This document shows, piece by piece, positions 50,979 through 59,981 of a stretch of DNA of 64,000 nt (the stretch's first letter is position 1; each line of letters starts with the position of its first letter). The notes beneath the pieces are model-generated. The model was not told the DNA's origin. It searched no databases and saw only the letters and a list, made by a program, of their open reading frames with translations. A program made the translations under genes and the position numbers. The stretch comes from an uncultured Planctomycetia bacterium. GTDB taxonomy: Bacteria; Omnitrophota; Gorgyraeia; Duberdicusellales; 4484-171. The stretch spans positions 356,056 through 420,055 of the forward strand of contig CAZVQU010000001.1 of assembly GCA_964629655.1 (NCBI GenBank), given 5' to 3'.

Positions 50979-51547
50979 TTCTTCTGCTTAAGAAGATAAT
51001 CAAACTCTATATTTAAGAAGTCGCCTATTCTTTTATACCTTATAGTAGTATTCTCGTAAGTGAAAGGAACGATATCAACAGTAAATGTCCGGGGGAGAAG
51101 TTTTTTTATGGTAAGAGAGATTCCCTCTATTGCGATTGATCCATTAGCCAACACATTTTTTCTAAACATAGAAGGTAAATCTATCTCTAATTGCCAATGG
51201 CCGGATTTTTTAATCAGTCTTCTTAATTTCAACTCGGTATCAATATGGCCTAAGACAAAATGTCCTCCTACTTTTTCTCCTAAACTTAAAGCCGGTTCTA
51301 GATTTACATAGTCGCCTTTTTTGAGTCGTTTAAGATTAGTATTCTTTAGGGTAGAACTTATTGCATCAAAGAAAAAAGAATTCTTGTCCTTTGAGGATAA
51401 AGTAAGGCAGACTCCGTTTACCGAAATGCTATCTGAGAGATTAGCTGCGCCTAAAACAACACTAGACTCTACTCCTAAGTTTATAGAAGAGCTTCCCTTA
51501 GTAATCTTTTTAACCTTACCGATTTCTCTTACTATTCCTGTAAACAT
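50969..51547 (-). CDS. ribE: Riboflavin synthase
   Basis: MFTGIV start, SVNGVCLT, VNLE, GGHFVLGHID, EGISLT. Confidence 0.95.
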   Translation of the reverse strand: MFTGIVREIGKVKKITKGSSSINLGVESSVVLGAANLSDSISVNGVCLTLSSKDKNSFFFDAISSTLKNTNLKRLKKGDYVNLEPALSLGEKVGGHFVLGHIDTELKLRRLIKKSGHWQLEIDLPSMFRKNVLANGSIAIEGISLTIKKLLPRTFTVDIVPFTYENTTIRYKRIGDFLNIEFDYLLKQKNGG

Positions 51548-51553
51548 AAGGGG

Positions 51554-51562
51554 ATTATATCA
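51554..51562 (-). promoter_or_regulatory. Extended -10 promoter of ribE (leaderless)
   Basis: TGaTATAAT 6 nt before the ATG, no SD. Confidence 0.7.
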
Positions 51563-51685
51563 TAGAGAGGATAAAAATCTATAAAGAAATAGCTCTTACG
51601 AATACGATAAATATTGAATATTGTAGCAGCATAAAACCCTCTGCTCCAAGCCCTTGTATCTTTTAGCTAAAGTAACTAGCTCCTT

Positions 51686-51719
51686 AAATGAAGACACCCC
51701 GCGCTTTTCGGCGCGGGGT
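51686..51719 (-). terminator. Intrinsic terminator-like hairpin
   Basis: 9-bp stem ACCCCGCGC/GCGCGGGGT with 6-nt loop, 40 nt after the small peptide gene; U-tail imperfect. Confidence 0.7.
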
Positions 51720-51759
51720 TTATATTCTCAAGGTGTTTTCTTTTACCTTCGTAAAACTC

Positions 51760-51825
51760 TTATTTCTTTTTCTTCTTTGCTACTTTCTTCTTTGCTGCTT
51801 TTTTCTTTGCTTTCTTCTTTGCCAT
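51760..51825 (-). CDS. 21-aa Lys/Ala-rich peptide MAKKKAKKKAAKKKVAKKKKK
   Basis: SD AGGAGGTG 5 nt before the ATG, with its own promoter and terminator. Below the ORF-track length cutoff. Confidence 0.85.
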   Translation of the reverse strand: MAKKKAKKKAAKKKVAKKKKK

Positions 51826-51882
51826 CTGTACACCTCCTATTATTTTTGCTCCCAACCCAATGCTGGGATACCCTCTATATCT

Positions 51883-51910
51883 AATTTACCAAAATTATCA
51901 GACTTGTCAA
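51883..51910 (-). promoter_or_regulatory. Sigma70 promoter for the Lys-rich peptide gene
   Basis: TTGACA-16 bp-TAAATT with a TG extension. Confidence 0.65.
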
Positions 51911-52022
51911 TACTTTTTCACATTTTTTTTGAAATTTTTTCAATGAGACTTATGTTTTTAAAAATAAATTAAAAACATTTAGTCGAATTGGTCTCGAGCG
52001 TAGGCGAGGGATCTAAAGTGGC

Positions 52023-52397
52023 TTATTTGGCTTTAAGGCTAGAAGGTACTCTTACTTTCTTGGCTTTGCTCCATAGATGTTCGAGGTTATAAAATTCTCG
52101 TGCCTCTTCAATGAATATGTGAAGAATGACATCGAAAAGGTCAACAAGCATCCAGCGTGAAGATTCATCGTATTGATGAGAACGAACTCCTATCTTTTCT
52201 TTCCTGCACAGCTTTACCGTCTCTTGGGCAATTGCATCTACTTGCCTTGATGACTCGGCGGAACAAATGACAAAATAATCACACAAACCGCTCTGGCTCC
52301 CCACATCTAAGACAACTACATCTCTGGCTTTTCTGGCTAAGATAAACTCTACTACCTTTAAGGCTTTTACCTTACTGGCTATAGGCTTTTTAGGAAT
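52023..52397 (-). CDS. rsfS: Ribosome silencing factor RsfS, inferred ATT start
   Basis: KARDVVVLDV, DYFVICS, W.LVD..DV..H.F....R.FYNLE.LW. Frame extends 31 codons upstream of the listed GTG to ATT after AAGGGGG. Confidence 0.88.
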   Translation of the reverse strand: MPKKPIASKVKALKVVEFILARKARDVVVLDVGSQSGLCDYFVICSAESSRQVDAIAQETVKLCRKEKIGVRSHQYDESSRWMLVDLFDVILHIFIEEAREFYNLEHLWSKAKKVRVPSSLKAK

Positions 52398-53667
52398 GAG
52401 AAACCCCCTTCTTTGCTATTTTTCTTATTAGCTCCTCAGACCCATCCTTAATGTTACCGACATAAGAAATACGCATATTCTTAAATTTGAATATATCTTT
52501 AGCTAGGCTCTTGATATCTCTTGGGTTGATAGTCTCGACTTTTTCTTTAATCTGATTAAAGCTATAGATCTTATCCAGAGTTAAAAAACTCTCAGCAAGA
52601 TAAAACATTCGGCCCTGAGGACGCTCTAAACTCATCGCCACTTGCCCAAGAAAATAATCTTTCGCTCGGGATAACTCGCGGCTGGAAACTTCTTTTCTCT
52701 TTATCTTATCTAGCTCTCTAAGAAGGGTACCTAGAGCTACGGTTAACTTACTCTTATCCAACCCCAGGTGTATTGAGAAGGCGCCGCTATCTCTATACTT
52801 TCTAATCTCAGTAGAAATATCATAGCATAAAGATCTTTTCTCCCTTAGCTCTTCAAATAAACGGCTACTCATATTGGCGCCTAAAATCACATTTAGCAGT
52901 TGCGCAGTTACCCTCTTCTGGCTTTGATAGGAGATACTTTGAAAACCTAAACAAAGATGTGACTGCTCAAGACTCTTTTTTTCACACTTAACTTCCAGGC
53001 CCTGGCAAAGAGAAGGGCTAGAGCACCTAAGGTTAACTTTCTGTTTAGCTTTTCTTATCTTCTTAGTCAATAAATCGACTATTCTGTCTTTATCGTATGC
53101 TCCGCTAAAAGAAATAACTATATTAGAAGGTGTATAGTATTGTTTCCGAAAATTGTCTAGGTCCCTGCGGCCTATTCCTTTAACTGTAGCTACCTGCCCT
53201 ATAATCTCCTCACCCAAAGGGTGATTCTTCCAAAGTAAGTGGTCTAAGAGCGTGCCGGCCCGCGAAGAAGGAAGATCATTATACATCTTTATCTCTTCTA
53301 AAATTACATTCCTTTCTTTGTTAACCTCTGCCTCCTTTAGCAAGGGATTAAATACCATATCAAGAAGGATATCTAAAGCTCGGGGAAGATTTTTATTTAG
53401 AAAGTGTGCATAATAAGCAGTTATCTCCTGGGCAGTGAAAGCATTTAGAGAACCTCCTCTACCCTCAATCTCTCTTTTTATCTGCCGATGCGAATAGCTT
53501 CGACTCCCTTTAAAAAGCATATGCTCCAAGAAATGAGCAATACCTTTTACCTTTCTGTCCTCAAAACGAGCTCCGCCCCGCAAAAATACTCCTAAAGATG
53601 CAGTCTCTATATTTTGAAATGGTGAGAATATGAAATCTGCACCATTAATATTTATTACTTCATGCAT
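52390..53667 (-). CDS. M16 family zinc peptidase
   Basis: GIAHFLEHMLFKG (HxxEH), LNAFT, ILEE, SSRLF..LRE...L.Y. Confidence 0.93.
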   Translation of the reverse strand: MHEVININGADFIFSPFQNIETASLGVFLRGGARFEDRKVKGIAHFLEHMLFKGSRSYSHRQIKREIEGRGGSLNAFTAQEITAYYAHFLNKNLPRALDILLDMVFNPLLKEAEVNKERNVILEEIKMYNDLPSSRAGTLLDHLLWKNHPLGEEIIGQVATVKGIGRRDLDNFRKQYYTPSNIVISFSGAYDKDRIVDLLTKKIRKAKQKVNLRCSSPSLCQGLEVKCEKKSLEQSHLCLGFQSISYQSQKRVTAQLLNVILGANMSSRLFEELREKRSLCYDISTEIRKYRDSGAFSIHLGLDKSKLTVALGTLLRELDKIKRKEVSSRELSRAKDYFLGQVAMSLERPQGRMFYLAESFLTLDKIYSFNQIKEKVETINPRDIKSLAKDIFKFKNMRISYVGNIKDGSEELIRKIAKKGVSHS

Positions 53668-53707
53668 GGTTTTATTGAATATGGATTAGCAAAAGGAGTG
53701 ACCCCTA

Positions 53708-54496
53708 TCATCTACCCTTTAATGATCTTACGTAATCTTTAAGTTTTCCTAAGAAATCTTTTTCTCGATGGTGTGCTTCTATAAACTTTACCACACTGCT
53801 GCCAACAATTACTCCATCACTAAAGGTATTGATTTTGGCAACCTGCTTCTTACTGTGAATACCAAAGCCTACGCATACAGGCACCTCGGTTATTCGTTTT
53901 ATACTCTTAACATGGGATGCTAGCGAGGCATATTTCAAATCTTTAGGGCCGGTTATACCAGTTACCGATATATAATAAATAAACCCTCGAGATTTCTTTG
54001 CTATTTTCTTAATCCGTTTAGCTGAAGTAACCGGCGTAACAAAAAAAATAGTATCTATATTGAATTTCCTGGCTTCTTTTATATATTCAACACCTTCTTC
54101 TATCGGCAAGTCGACGTTTATCAAAGCACTCGCACCTAGTTGTTTCGTTTTTTTAAGAAATTTTTCCAAACCAAACTTAAAGATAGGGTTGTAGTAAGAC
54201 ATGACTGCTACAGGAATTTTTAAAGATTGTTTTAGCCTTGATAGTTCTTTAAAAAAATTATCTAGATTTGCTCCTTTTGACAATGCAGCAGTAGTTGCTT
54301 TTTGGATAATCGGGCCATCAGCCAAAGGGTCTGAGAAAGGAATACCTAACTCAATTACATCTACTCCGGCTTCCTGTAGACTCAAGCAAATACCTTTGGT
54401 AGCTTTGATGCTGGGAAAACCAAAAGGAACATAAACGATAAAAGCCTTTTTTTTCTTTTTCCTTAGCTCTTTGAATTTATCTACTAGCCTAATCAT
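53708..54496 (-). CDS. trpA: Tryptophan synthase alpha subunit
   Basis: IELGIPFSDPLADGP.IQ, GITG, GFGI, DGVIVGS. Confidence 0.96.
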   Translation of the reverse strand: MIRLVDKFKELRKKKKKAFIVYVPFGFPSIKATKGICLSLQEAGVDVIELGIPFSDPLADGPIIQKATTAALSKGANLDNFFKELSRLKQSLKIPVAVMSYYNPIFKFGLEKFLKKTKQLGASALINVDLPIEEGVEYIKEARKFNIDTIFFVTPVTSAKRIKKIAKKSRGFIYYISVTGITGPKDLKYASLASHVKSIKRITEVPVCVGFGIHSKKQVAKINTFSDGVIVGSSVVKFIEAHHREKDFLGKLKDYVRSLKGR

Positions 54497-54497
54497 C

Positions 54498-55676
54498 TTA
54501 TTTTATTGCCTTATGCTTATTAATGATCTCTAGATCCTTATCGCCTCTTCCCGAGAGACAAACTAAAGCTGTCTTGCCCTTCCCTCTTTTAGCCAGTTTC
54601 TTTAAGTAATAGATAGCATGGGAAGTCTCAAGAGCCGGGATTATTCCCTCAAGCTCTGAAAGCATCTTAAATCCTTCTATCGCCTCTTTATCACTTACCG
54701 CTACGTACTCAGCCCTCTTGGTTACCTTATAAAAAGAGTGCTCAGGCCCTACCCCGGGATAATCTAAACCCGGCGCTATAGAATGGGCATTCTTTATCTG
54801 GCCAAATTTATCCTGTAAAACATAGGATTTTGAACCTTGGAATACTCCCGGTTGGCCTTTAAGCAAAGAGGCTGCATTATAGGAACCCAGCCCGAACCCA
54901 GCAGCTTCAACACCAATAAATTTAACCTTTTTATCTCTATAAAAAGGGGAAAAAAGCCCCATGGAATTACTTCCTCCGCCAACACAAGCAACCAAATAAT
55001 CAGGAAGTTTTCCTCCCTTATTTAAGATTTGTGTTCTTGATTCTCCTCCGATAACAGCCTGAAAATCCCTAACAATCATCGGGTAAGGATGAGGGCCGAC
55101 AACTGAACCAAGAAGATAATATGTGCCGCGTACATTTGTTACCCAATCTCTAAAAGCTTCGTTGCAAGCGTCTTTCAAAGTCTTAGAACCACTTTTAACC
55201 GGGACTACTCTTGCCCCTAAAATCTTCATCCGGAATACATTCATGCTCTGCCTAGCTACGTCTTCTTGACCCATATAGATATCACACTCTAAACCCAGAA
55301 GACTAGCAATAGTAGCTACGGCAACTCCATGTTGGCCAGCTCCAGTCTCAGCGATTATTCTCTTCTTGCCCATAAACTCTGCCAAGAAACCTTGGCCTAA
55401 AGAATTATTTATCTTATGGGCACCGGTATGAAGAAGGTCTTCTCTTTTAAGGTAAACTTTAATCCCCAAATATTTACTTAAATTCTCGGCAAAATAAAGA
55501 GAGGAAGGTCTGCCGGCGTATTCACGAAGATAAAAATCTAACCTTTTTTTAAACTTCTTATCCTTTTTAGCCTTACTATATGCTTTCTCCAGTTCCTCTA
55601 AACACAGAGAAATAGTCTCAGGGATAAACTTTCCACCGAAGGCTCCAAAATATCCTCTTCTGTCAGGCAGTTTCAT
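54498..55676 (-). CDS. trpB: Tryptophan synthase beta subunit
   Basis: [45 protein letters not shown]. Confidence 0.97.
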   Translation of the reverse strand: MKLPDRRGYFGAFGGKFIPETISLCLEELEKAYSKAKKDKKFKKRLDFYLREYAGRPSSLYFAENLSKYLGIKVYLKREDLLHTGAHKINNSLGQGFLAEFMGKKRIIAETGAGQHGVAVATIASLLGLECDIYMGQEDVARQSMNVFRMKILGARVVPVKSGSKTLKDACNEAFRDWVTNVRGTYYLLGSVVGPHPYPMIVRDFQAVIGGESRTQILNKGGKLPDYLVACVGGGSNSMGLFSPFYRDKKVKFIGVEAAGFGLGSYNAASLLKGQPGVFQGSKSYVLQDKFGQIKNAHSIAPGLDYPGVGPEHSFYKVTKRAEYVAVSDKEAIEGFKMLSELEGIIPALETSHAIYYLKKLAKRGKGKTALVCLSGRGDKDLEIINKHKAIK

Positions 55677-56293
55677 ATTTTTACCTTGTTTATGAATGTC
55701 TTTATTAACTGGCTGTCTTTTTTGCCGACCATGCTTTCTAGGCCACTAGCCACATCTAAAGCATAAGGCTTTAGTTTCTTAGCATTACCTACATTGTTTA
55801 TGCTAAGGCCACCGGATATGATAACTCTTTTGCCATTTTTTATAAGGCCGGTTACCTCTCTCAAGGCTTCAGCTGGCAACATTTTTTTACCTTTTGTCTT
55901 TTGCTCATAGTTCATATCAAACATAAAAGCGTCGATTTTGTAGCGTGAGATTTTTCCCTCATAAGGACTATCCTCAGGAAAAAATACCTTTATAACTTTA
56001 AACCTTGGTTTAAAGAAGTGACAATATGCCGGAGCTTCTCTTCCGTGAAATTGCAAAATATCGAGGTGGAGAGAAGAGGCAATATCTAGAACCTCTTGTT
56101 TTTCTTGGTCGAGGAAAACACCTACTTTAGCCAAAAAAGGGTCTAAGTGCTGAATGATTTCCCCAGCTTTCCTTTTATTAATGTAACGCGGGCTTTTCTT
56201 TGAAAAGATAAATCCTAAGGCGTCAGCGCCAGCAGAAGAAGCTAGGAGAGCGTCTTCTAAATTAGTGATGCCACAAATCTTTACTTTCATCAT
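55673..56293 (-). CDS. trpF: Phosphoribosylanthranilate isomerase
   Basis: VKICGIT, SPR, QFHG.E, SGGL, DVASG.E. Confidence 0.93.
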   Translation of the reverse strand: MMKVKICGITNLEDALLASSAGADALGFIFSKKSPRYINKRKAGEIIQHLDPFLAKVGVFLDQEKQEVLDIASSLHLDILQFHGREAPAYCHFFKPRFKVIKVFFPEDSPYEGKISRYKIDAFMFDMNYEQKTKGKKMLPAEALREVTGLIKNGKRVIISGGLSINNVGNAKKLKPYALDVASGLESMVGKKDSQLIKTFINKVKI

Positions 56294-56311
56294 TCTCCAA
56301 TACAGGATTAA

Positions 56312-57097
56312 TTACTTGCCGGCGTCAATATTCAGTTCTTTTATTTTTTCCTCAAGATTATTTGCCTTCATCAGGGCTTCTCCGATAAGCACTGCATTTG
56401 CTCCTAAACCTTTTAGAAGCAAAACATCTTTTAAGGTTCCTATCCCGCTTTCGCTAACTTTGACTATATCTTCGGGAATAAACGGAAGAAGTTTTTTTGT
56501 CCGTTGGAGATTAACTTGAAACGTATGCAGGTTACGGCTATTTATTCCAATAATATCTACGCCTATCTTAAGAACTTTTTTCAATTCCTTCTCGGTGTGC
56601 ACTTCAACCAAAACATCCATACCCAAATCCTTGGCTACCTTGTAAAGGTTTTTTATTTTCTCCTCATCTAAAACACCCATTATAAGTAAGATCGCATCAG
56701 CCCCTGCTGCTCTTGACTCTAGAACCTGAACTTCATCGAGTATGAAATCCTTACGCAATATGGGTAAATTGACCCGTTTCTTAATTTCTCCAATATAATT
56801 AATCTTTCCTAAAAAGAAATCTTCCTCGGTAACTACTGATATAGCACTAGCCTTTAATCTCTTAAATGTTTTGGCTAGATCTAGGTGAGAAAAGCCCTTA
56901 CGCAATACTCCTGCCGAAGGCGAAGCTTGTTTTACCTCCGCAATAAGGGAGATTTTTCCTTCTCTATTTATGGCATTTTTAAAAGATACCGGGGCCGGAG
57001 CTTTTTTTATTAAAGAGAGAAAAGCTTGACGGTTCTTTTTTAAAACTTTAACCCGTTTTTTCTTAGCATCTAGAATAAGTGAGAGTACTTCATGCAT
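56312..57097 (-). CDS. trpC: Indole-3-glycerol phosphate synthase
   Basis: IAEVKQASPS.G, LRKDF, LVEVH, SESG, LIGE. Confidence 0.95.
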   Translation of the reverse strand: MHEVLSLILDAKKKRVKVLKKNRQAFLSLIKKAPAPVSFKNAINREGKISLIAEVKQASPSAGVLRKGFSHLDLAKTFKRLKASAISVVTEEDFFLGKINYIGEIKKRVNLPILRKDFILDEVQVLESRAAGADAILLIMGVLDEEKIKNLYKVAKDLGMDVLVEVHTEKELKKVLKIGVDIIGINSRNLHTFQVNLQRTKKLLPFIPEDIVKVSESGIGTLKDVLLLKGLGANAVLIGEALMKANNLEEKIKELNIDAGK

Positions 57098-58133
57098 TTT
57101 CTTCTAAAAACTCCTTGAGCTCTGAAAGCTTATGCTTTGCTCTTTGGGTATCTATTAACTCAGCTGCCATCTTAACGCCCTGCTTAAAATTGCTTACCTT
57201 ACCTAGAATGTAAAAGCAAACACTAGCGTTAGCCAAGACAATATCCCGAGCAGCTCCTCCTTTACCGGCAAATATATCTTTTATGAGACTGGCACTTGCC
57301 TTTGCGTCCTTAACCAATATATCTTTTAACTTAATCCTCTTCAAACCAAAGGCAGAAGGACTTAGAGTCAAAGTGCTGATTTTTTTATTATTCAAAAAAG
57401 CTGCTGCAGTTGTTCCGGTAAGAGAAACCTCATCACAAACATCCTTACCATAAACAACAAAAGCTTTTCTTACCCCTAATCTCCTTAAAACTCTGGCCAG
57501 AGGAAGAATTAAGCCAGAATCGTAGACTCCAAGAAGCTGATAATTAGCCAGGGCCGGATTACAAAGAGGACCTAAGATGTTAAAAATCGTCCTTATGCCC
57601 ATCTCTCTTCTTATCTTGGCCACCTTGCCTAAAGATGGGTGGTATAAAGGAGCGAACAGAAAACCTATACCGATTCTTTTTATTGCCTCTTCCATAACCA
57701 AAGCTGGAAGGCCGACATTTATTCCTAAAGCCTCTAAAACATCAGCGCTTCCGCAGCTTGAAGACATTGCCCTATTGCCATGTTTAGCCAGTTTTATACC
57801 CGCAGCACTGACAATAAAGGCTGTAGCCGTAGAAACATTGAATTTGTTAAGTCCTGAACCACCGGTACCGCAAGTATCCATAATCGGCTCATTGTCATCG
57901 CTTATCATTAGAAATCCCTCTCTGACATTTATCTTTTTAGCCTTTGCTCTGACTACGGTAGCTGCAGCTAGAATCTCTTCTTCACTCTCACCTTTCATCT
58001 TTAAAGAAGTTAAGAAAGAAGCGATTTGAACCGGTGTAACATCAGAGTCAAAGATCTCCTCAAAAGCCTCTTTCATCTGGACAAAAGGGATATCCTTACC
58101 CTTAGTAAATTTATCAATGGCTTCTCTAATCAT
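57090..58133 (-). CDS. trpD: Anthranilate phosphoribosyltransferase
   Basis: DTCGTGG, NVST, KHGNR, GSADVLE, RTIFN.LGPL.NP. Confidence 0.96.
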   Translation of the reverse strand: MIREAIDKFTKGKDIPFVQMKEAFEEIFDSDVTPVQIASFLTSLKMKGESEEEILAAATVVRAKAKKINVREGFLMISDDNEPIMDTCGTGGSGLNKFNVSTATAFIVSAAGIKLAKHGNRAMSSSCGSADVLEALGINVGLPALVMEEAIKRIGIGFLFAPLYHPSLGKVAKIRREMGIRTIFNILGPLCNPALANYQLLGVYDSGLILPLARVLRRLGVRKAFVVYGKDVCDEVSLTGTTAAAFLNNKKISTLTLSPSAFGLKRIKLKDILVKDAKASASLIKDIFAGKGGAARDIVLANASVCFYILGKVSNFKQGVKMAAELIDTQRAKHKLSELKEFLEENA

Positions 58134-58708
58134 AATTCTAAAAAATTCTTCAATATCTTCTTGCCTTCAGTAGTCAAGATAGATTCTGGATGAAATTGCA
58201 CCCCATATAAAGGAAAATTTTTATCTCTTATCCCCATTATTATACCATTTTTAGTATCAGCGGTAATAGCTAAATTTTTGGGCAAACTTTTTCTTTCAAT
58301 AATCAAAGAGTGATACCTTGTGGCTGGAAAAGGATTCTTAACTCCTTTAAATAGATCACGCCGGTTATGATGGATAAGAGAAATCTTGCCATGCATAATT
58401 TCCCCAGCATTTATAATTCTTCCGCCGAATAAAGAACCAATGCATTGATGTCCCAGACAAACTCCCAAAATTGGTACTTTTTTATAGAATTTACCTATTA
58501 AAGAACGACTTATGCCGGCATCCTTTGGCCTTCCTGGGCCCGGAGAAATAACAATCTTGTTAAATCGTAATCCGGCAAGTTTCTTTAAGCTAATTTTGTC
58601 ATTACGAAAAACAATAGTATCAGCTCCTAATTCCTCTAGATATTGAACAAGATTGTAGGTAAATGAATCGTAATTATCTATAACTAATACTCTCACTTTT
58701 CTCTTCAT
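58130..58708 (-). CDS. trpG: Anthranilate synthase glutamine amidotransferase subunit
   Basis: IDNYDSFTYNL, SPGPG, GVCLGHQ, RYHSL, QFHPES. Confidence 0.93.
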   Translation of the reverse strand: MKRKVRVLVIDNYDSFTYNLVQYLEELGADTIVFRNDKISLKKLAGLRFNKIVISPGPGRPKDAGISRSLIGKFYKKVPILGVCLGHQCIGSLFGGRIINAGEIMHGKISLIHHNRRDLFKGVKNPFPATRYHSLIIERKSLPKNLAITADTKNGIIMGIRDKNFPLYGVQFHPESILTTEGKKILKNFLEL

Positions 58709-59971
58709 CTACTGCTTTTCCCTTCTTATCTTTGCTCCTAATTTCCCGAATTTACTCCTTATTTTCTCATAACCGCGATCAATATGGTAAACTCTTAGGA
58801 TCTGACTCTTACCCTTAGCAGCTAAACCAGCAATCACTAGAGCTGCTGATGCCCGCAAGTCAGAAGCCATAATCTCTGCTCCGTATAATCTCTCTTTTCC
58901 TTCAATTATAGCATAAGGGCCATTTCTTTGGATAGATGCGCCCATGCGATTAAGTTCAGCTACATGCATAAACCGATCAGGATAAATCTTCTCAGTTATT
59001 AGAGAAATACCCTTGGCTAAACAGAGACAGGCCATAAATTGGGCCTGCAAATCTGTAGGAAAACCCGGAAAGGGAAGGGTCGTTATATTAACTGGCTTTA
59101 ATTTCTTTGCTGGTTTTACAAAAATAGTAGAATCTTTATCTATCTTAATTACAGCACCAATCCTTCTTGCCGTCTCTATTACTGAGGTAAGATGAAGAGG
59201 ATTTGCACCCTTTATAGTAATAGGAGACTTAGTGGCTAAGCTGGCTGCGATAAAAGTTCCGGCTTCAATCCTATCAGGAATAATTTTAAATTCACAACCT
59301 GATAATTCTTTTACGCCTTTTATTCTTAATATCGGAGTTCCTTCTCCCTCTATCTTTGCCCCGATCTTCTTTAGAAATAAAGCTAAGCACTCTATCTCTG
59401 GCTCACAGGCTGCATGCTCAATAACGCTCTCACCCTCTGCTAAAACAGCAGCCATTAAAATATTGGCAGTAGCAAGAACTGACGAGCCAAAAGCCCCACC
59501 TAAATAAATATGGGCTCCTTTTAACTTCCTTGTCTTAGCCTGACAATAACCTTTTTCAACAGTAATCTCTGCGCCTAAATCACGTAATCCTTTTATGTGC
59601 AAATCTACCGGCCTTGGCCCGATAACGCAGCCACCGGGTAAAGCAACCTTAGCTTTTTTTAGTTTTGCTAAAAGGGGCCCTAGACAACAGAAAGATGCCC
59701 GCATTGTTCTGACCAACCGATAAGGAGCGACAAAGCTCTTATTCTTTTTACTCTTTATAGTAAGAGTATTCCGGATAAACTTAATTTTCTTACCTAAGCC
59801 TTCGAGTATCCCGATCATTGTCTTTATATCTCTTAAATCGGGAACATTACCTATTACACAAGTATGTTCAGTTAGCAAGGTTGCAGCCATAATCGGAAGG
59901 GCAGTATTTTTAGAACCGCTTACTTTAACCTGACCGGATAACCGAGATTGATAAACAACGAATTTATCCAT
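58709..59971 (-). CDS. murA: UDP-N-acetylglucosamine 1-carboxyvinyltransferase
   Basis: SGSKN, MRAS, PGGC.IG.RP, DRIEAGT, GFPTD.Q, DLRA, IDRGY. Confidence 0.97.
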   Translation of the reverse strand: MDKFVVYQSRLSGQVKVSGSKNTALPIMAATLLTEHTCVIGNVPDLRDIKTMIGILEGLGKKIKFIRNTLTIKSKKNKSFVAPYRLVRTMRASFCCLGPLLAKLKKAKVALPGGCVIGPRPVDLHIKGLRDLGAEITVEKGYCQAKTRKLKGAHIYLGGAFGSSVLATANILMAAVLAEGESVIEHAACEPEIECLALFLKKIGAKIEGEGTPILRIKGVKELSGCEFKIIPDRIEAGTFIAASLATKSPITIKGANPLHLTSVIETARRIGAVIKIDKDSTIFVKPAKKLKPVNITTLPFPGFPTDLQAQFMACLCLAKGISLITEKIYPDRFMHVAELNRMGASIQRNGPYAIIEGKERLYGAEIMASDLRASAALVIAGLAAKGKSQILRVYHIDRGYEKIRSKFGKLGAKIRREKQ

Positions 59972-59981
59972 TTTATCTTCC

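Noticed and set aside
51579-51632. 17-aa minus-strand ORF MLLQYSIFIVFVRAISL after GAGGG
   Set aside because: It lies downstream of the terminator hairpin, is short enough to arise by chance, and has no other support.
51548-51690. Possible FMN riboswitch upstream of ribE
   Set aside because: No FMN aptamer consensus is visible, and the promoter abuts the start codon.
51654-51972. Plus-strand Leu/Phe/Ser-rich ORFs (76 and 94 aa)
   Set aside because: They are the reverse complement of the Lys-rich peptide gene, which has the SD, promoter and terminator.
41301-53690. Similar short motif TAA(A)TCCATATT(T)CAA upstream of the starts at 41300 and 53667
   Set aside because: Only two imperfect copies in AT-rich DNA at different spacings.
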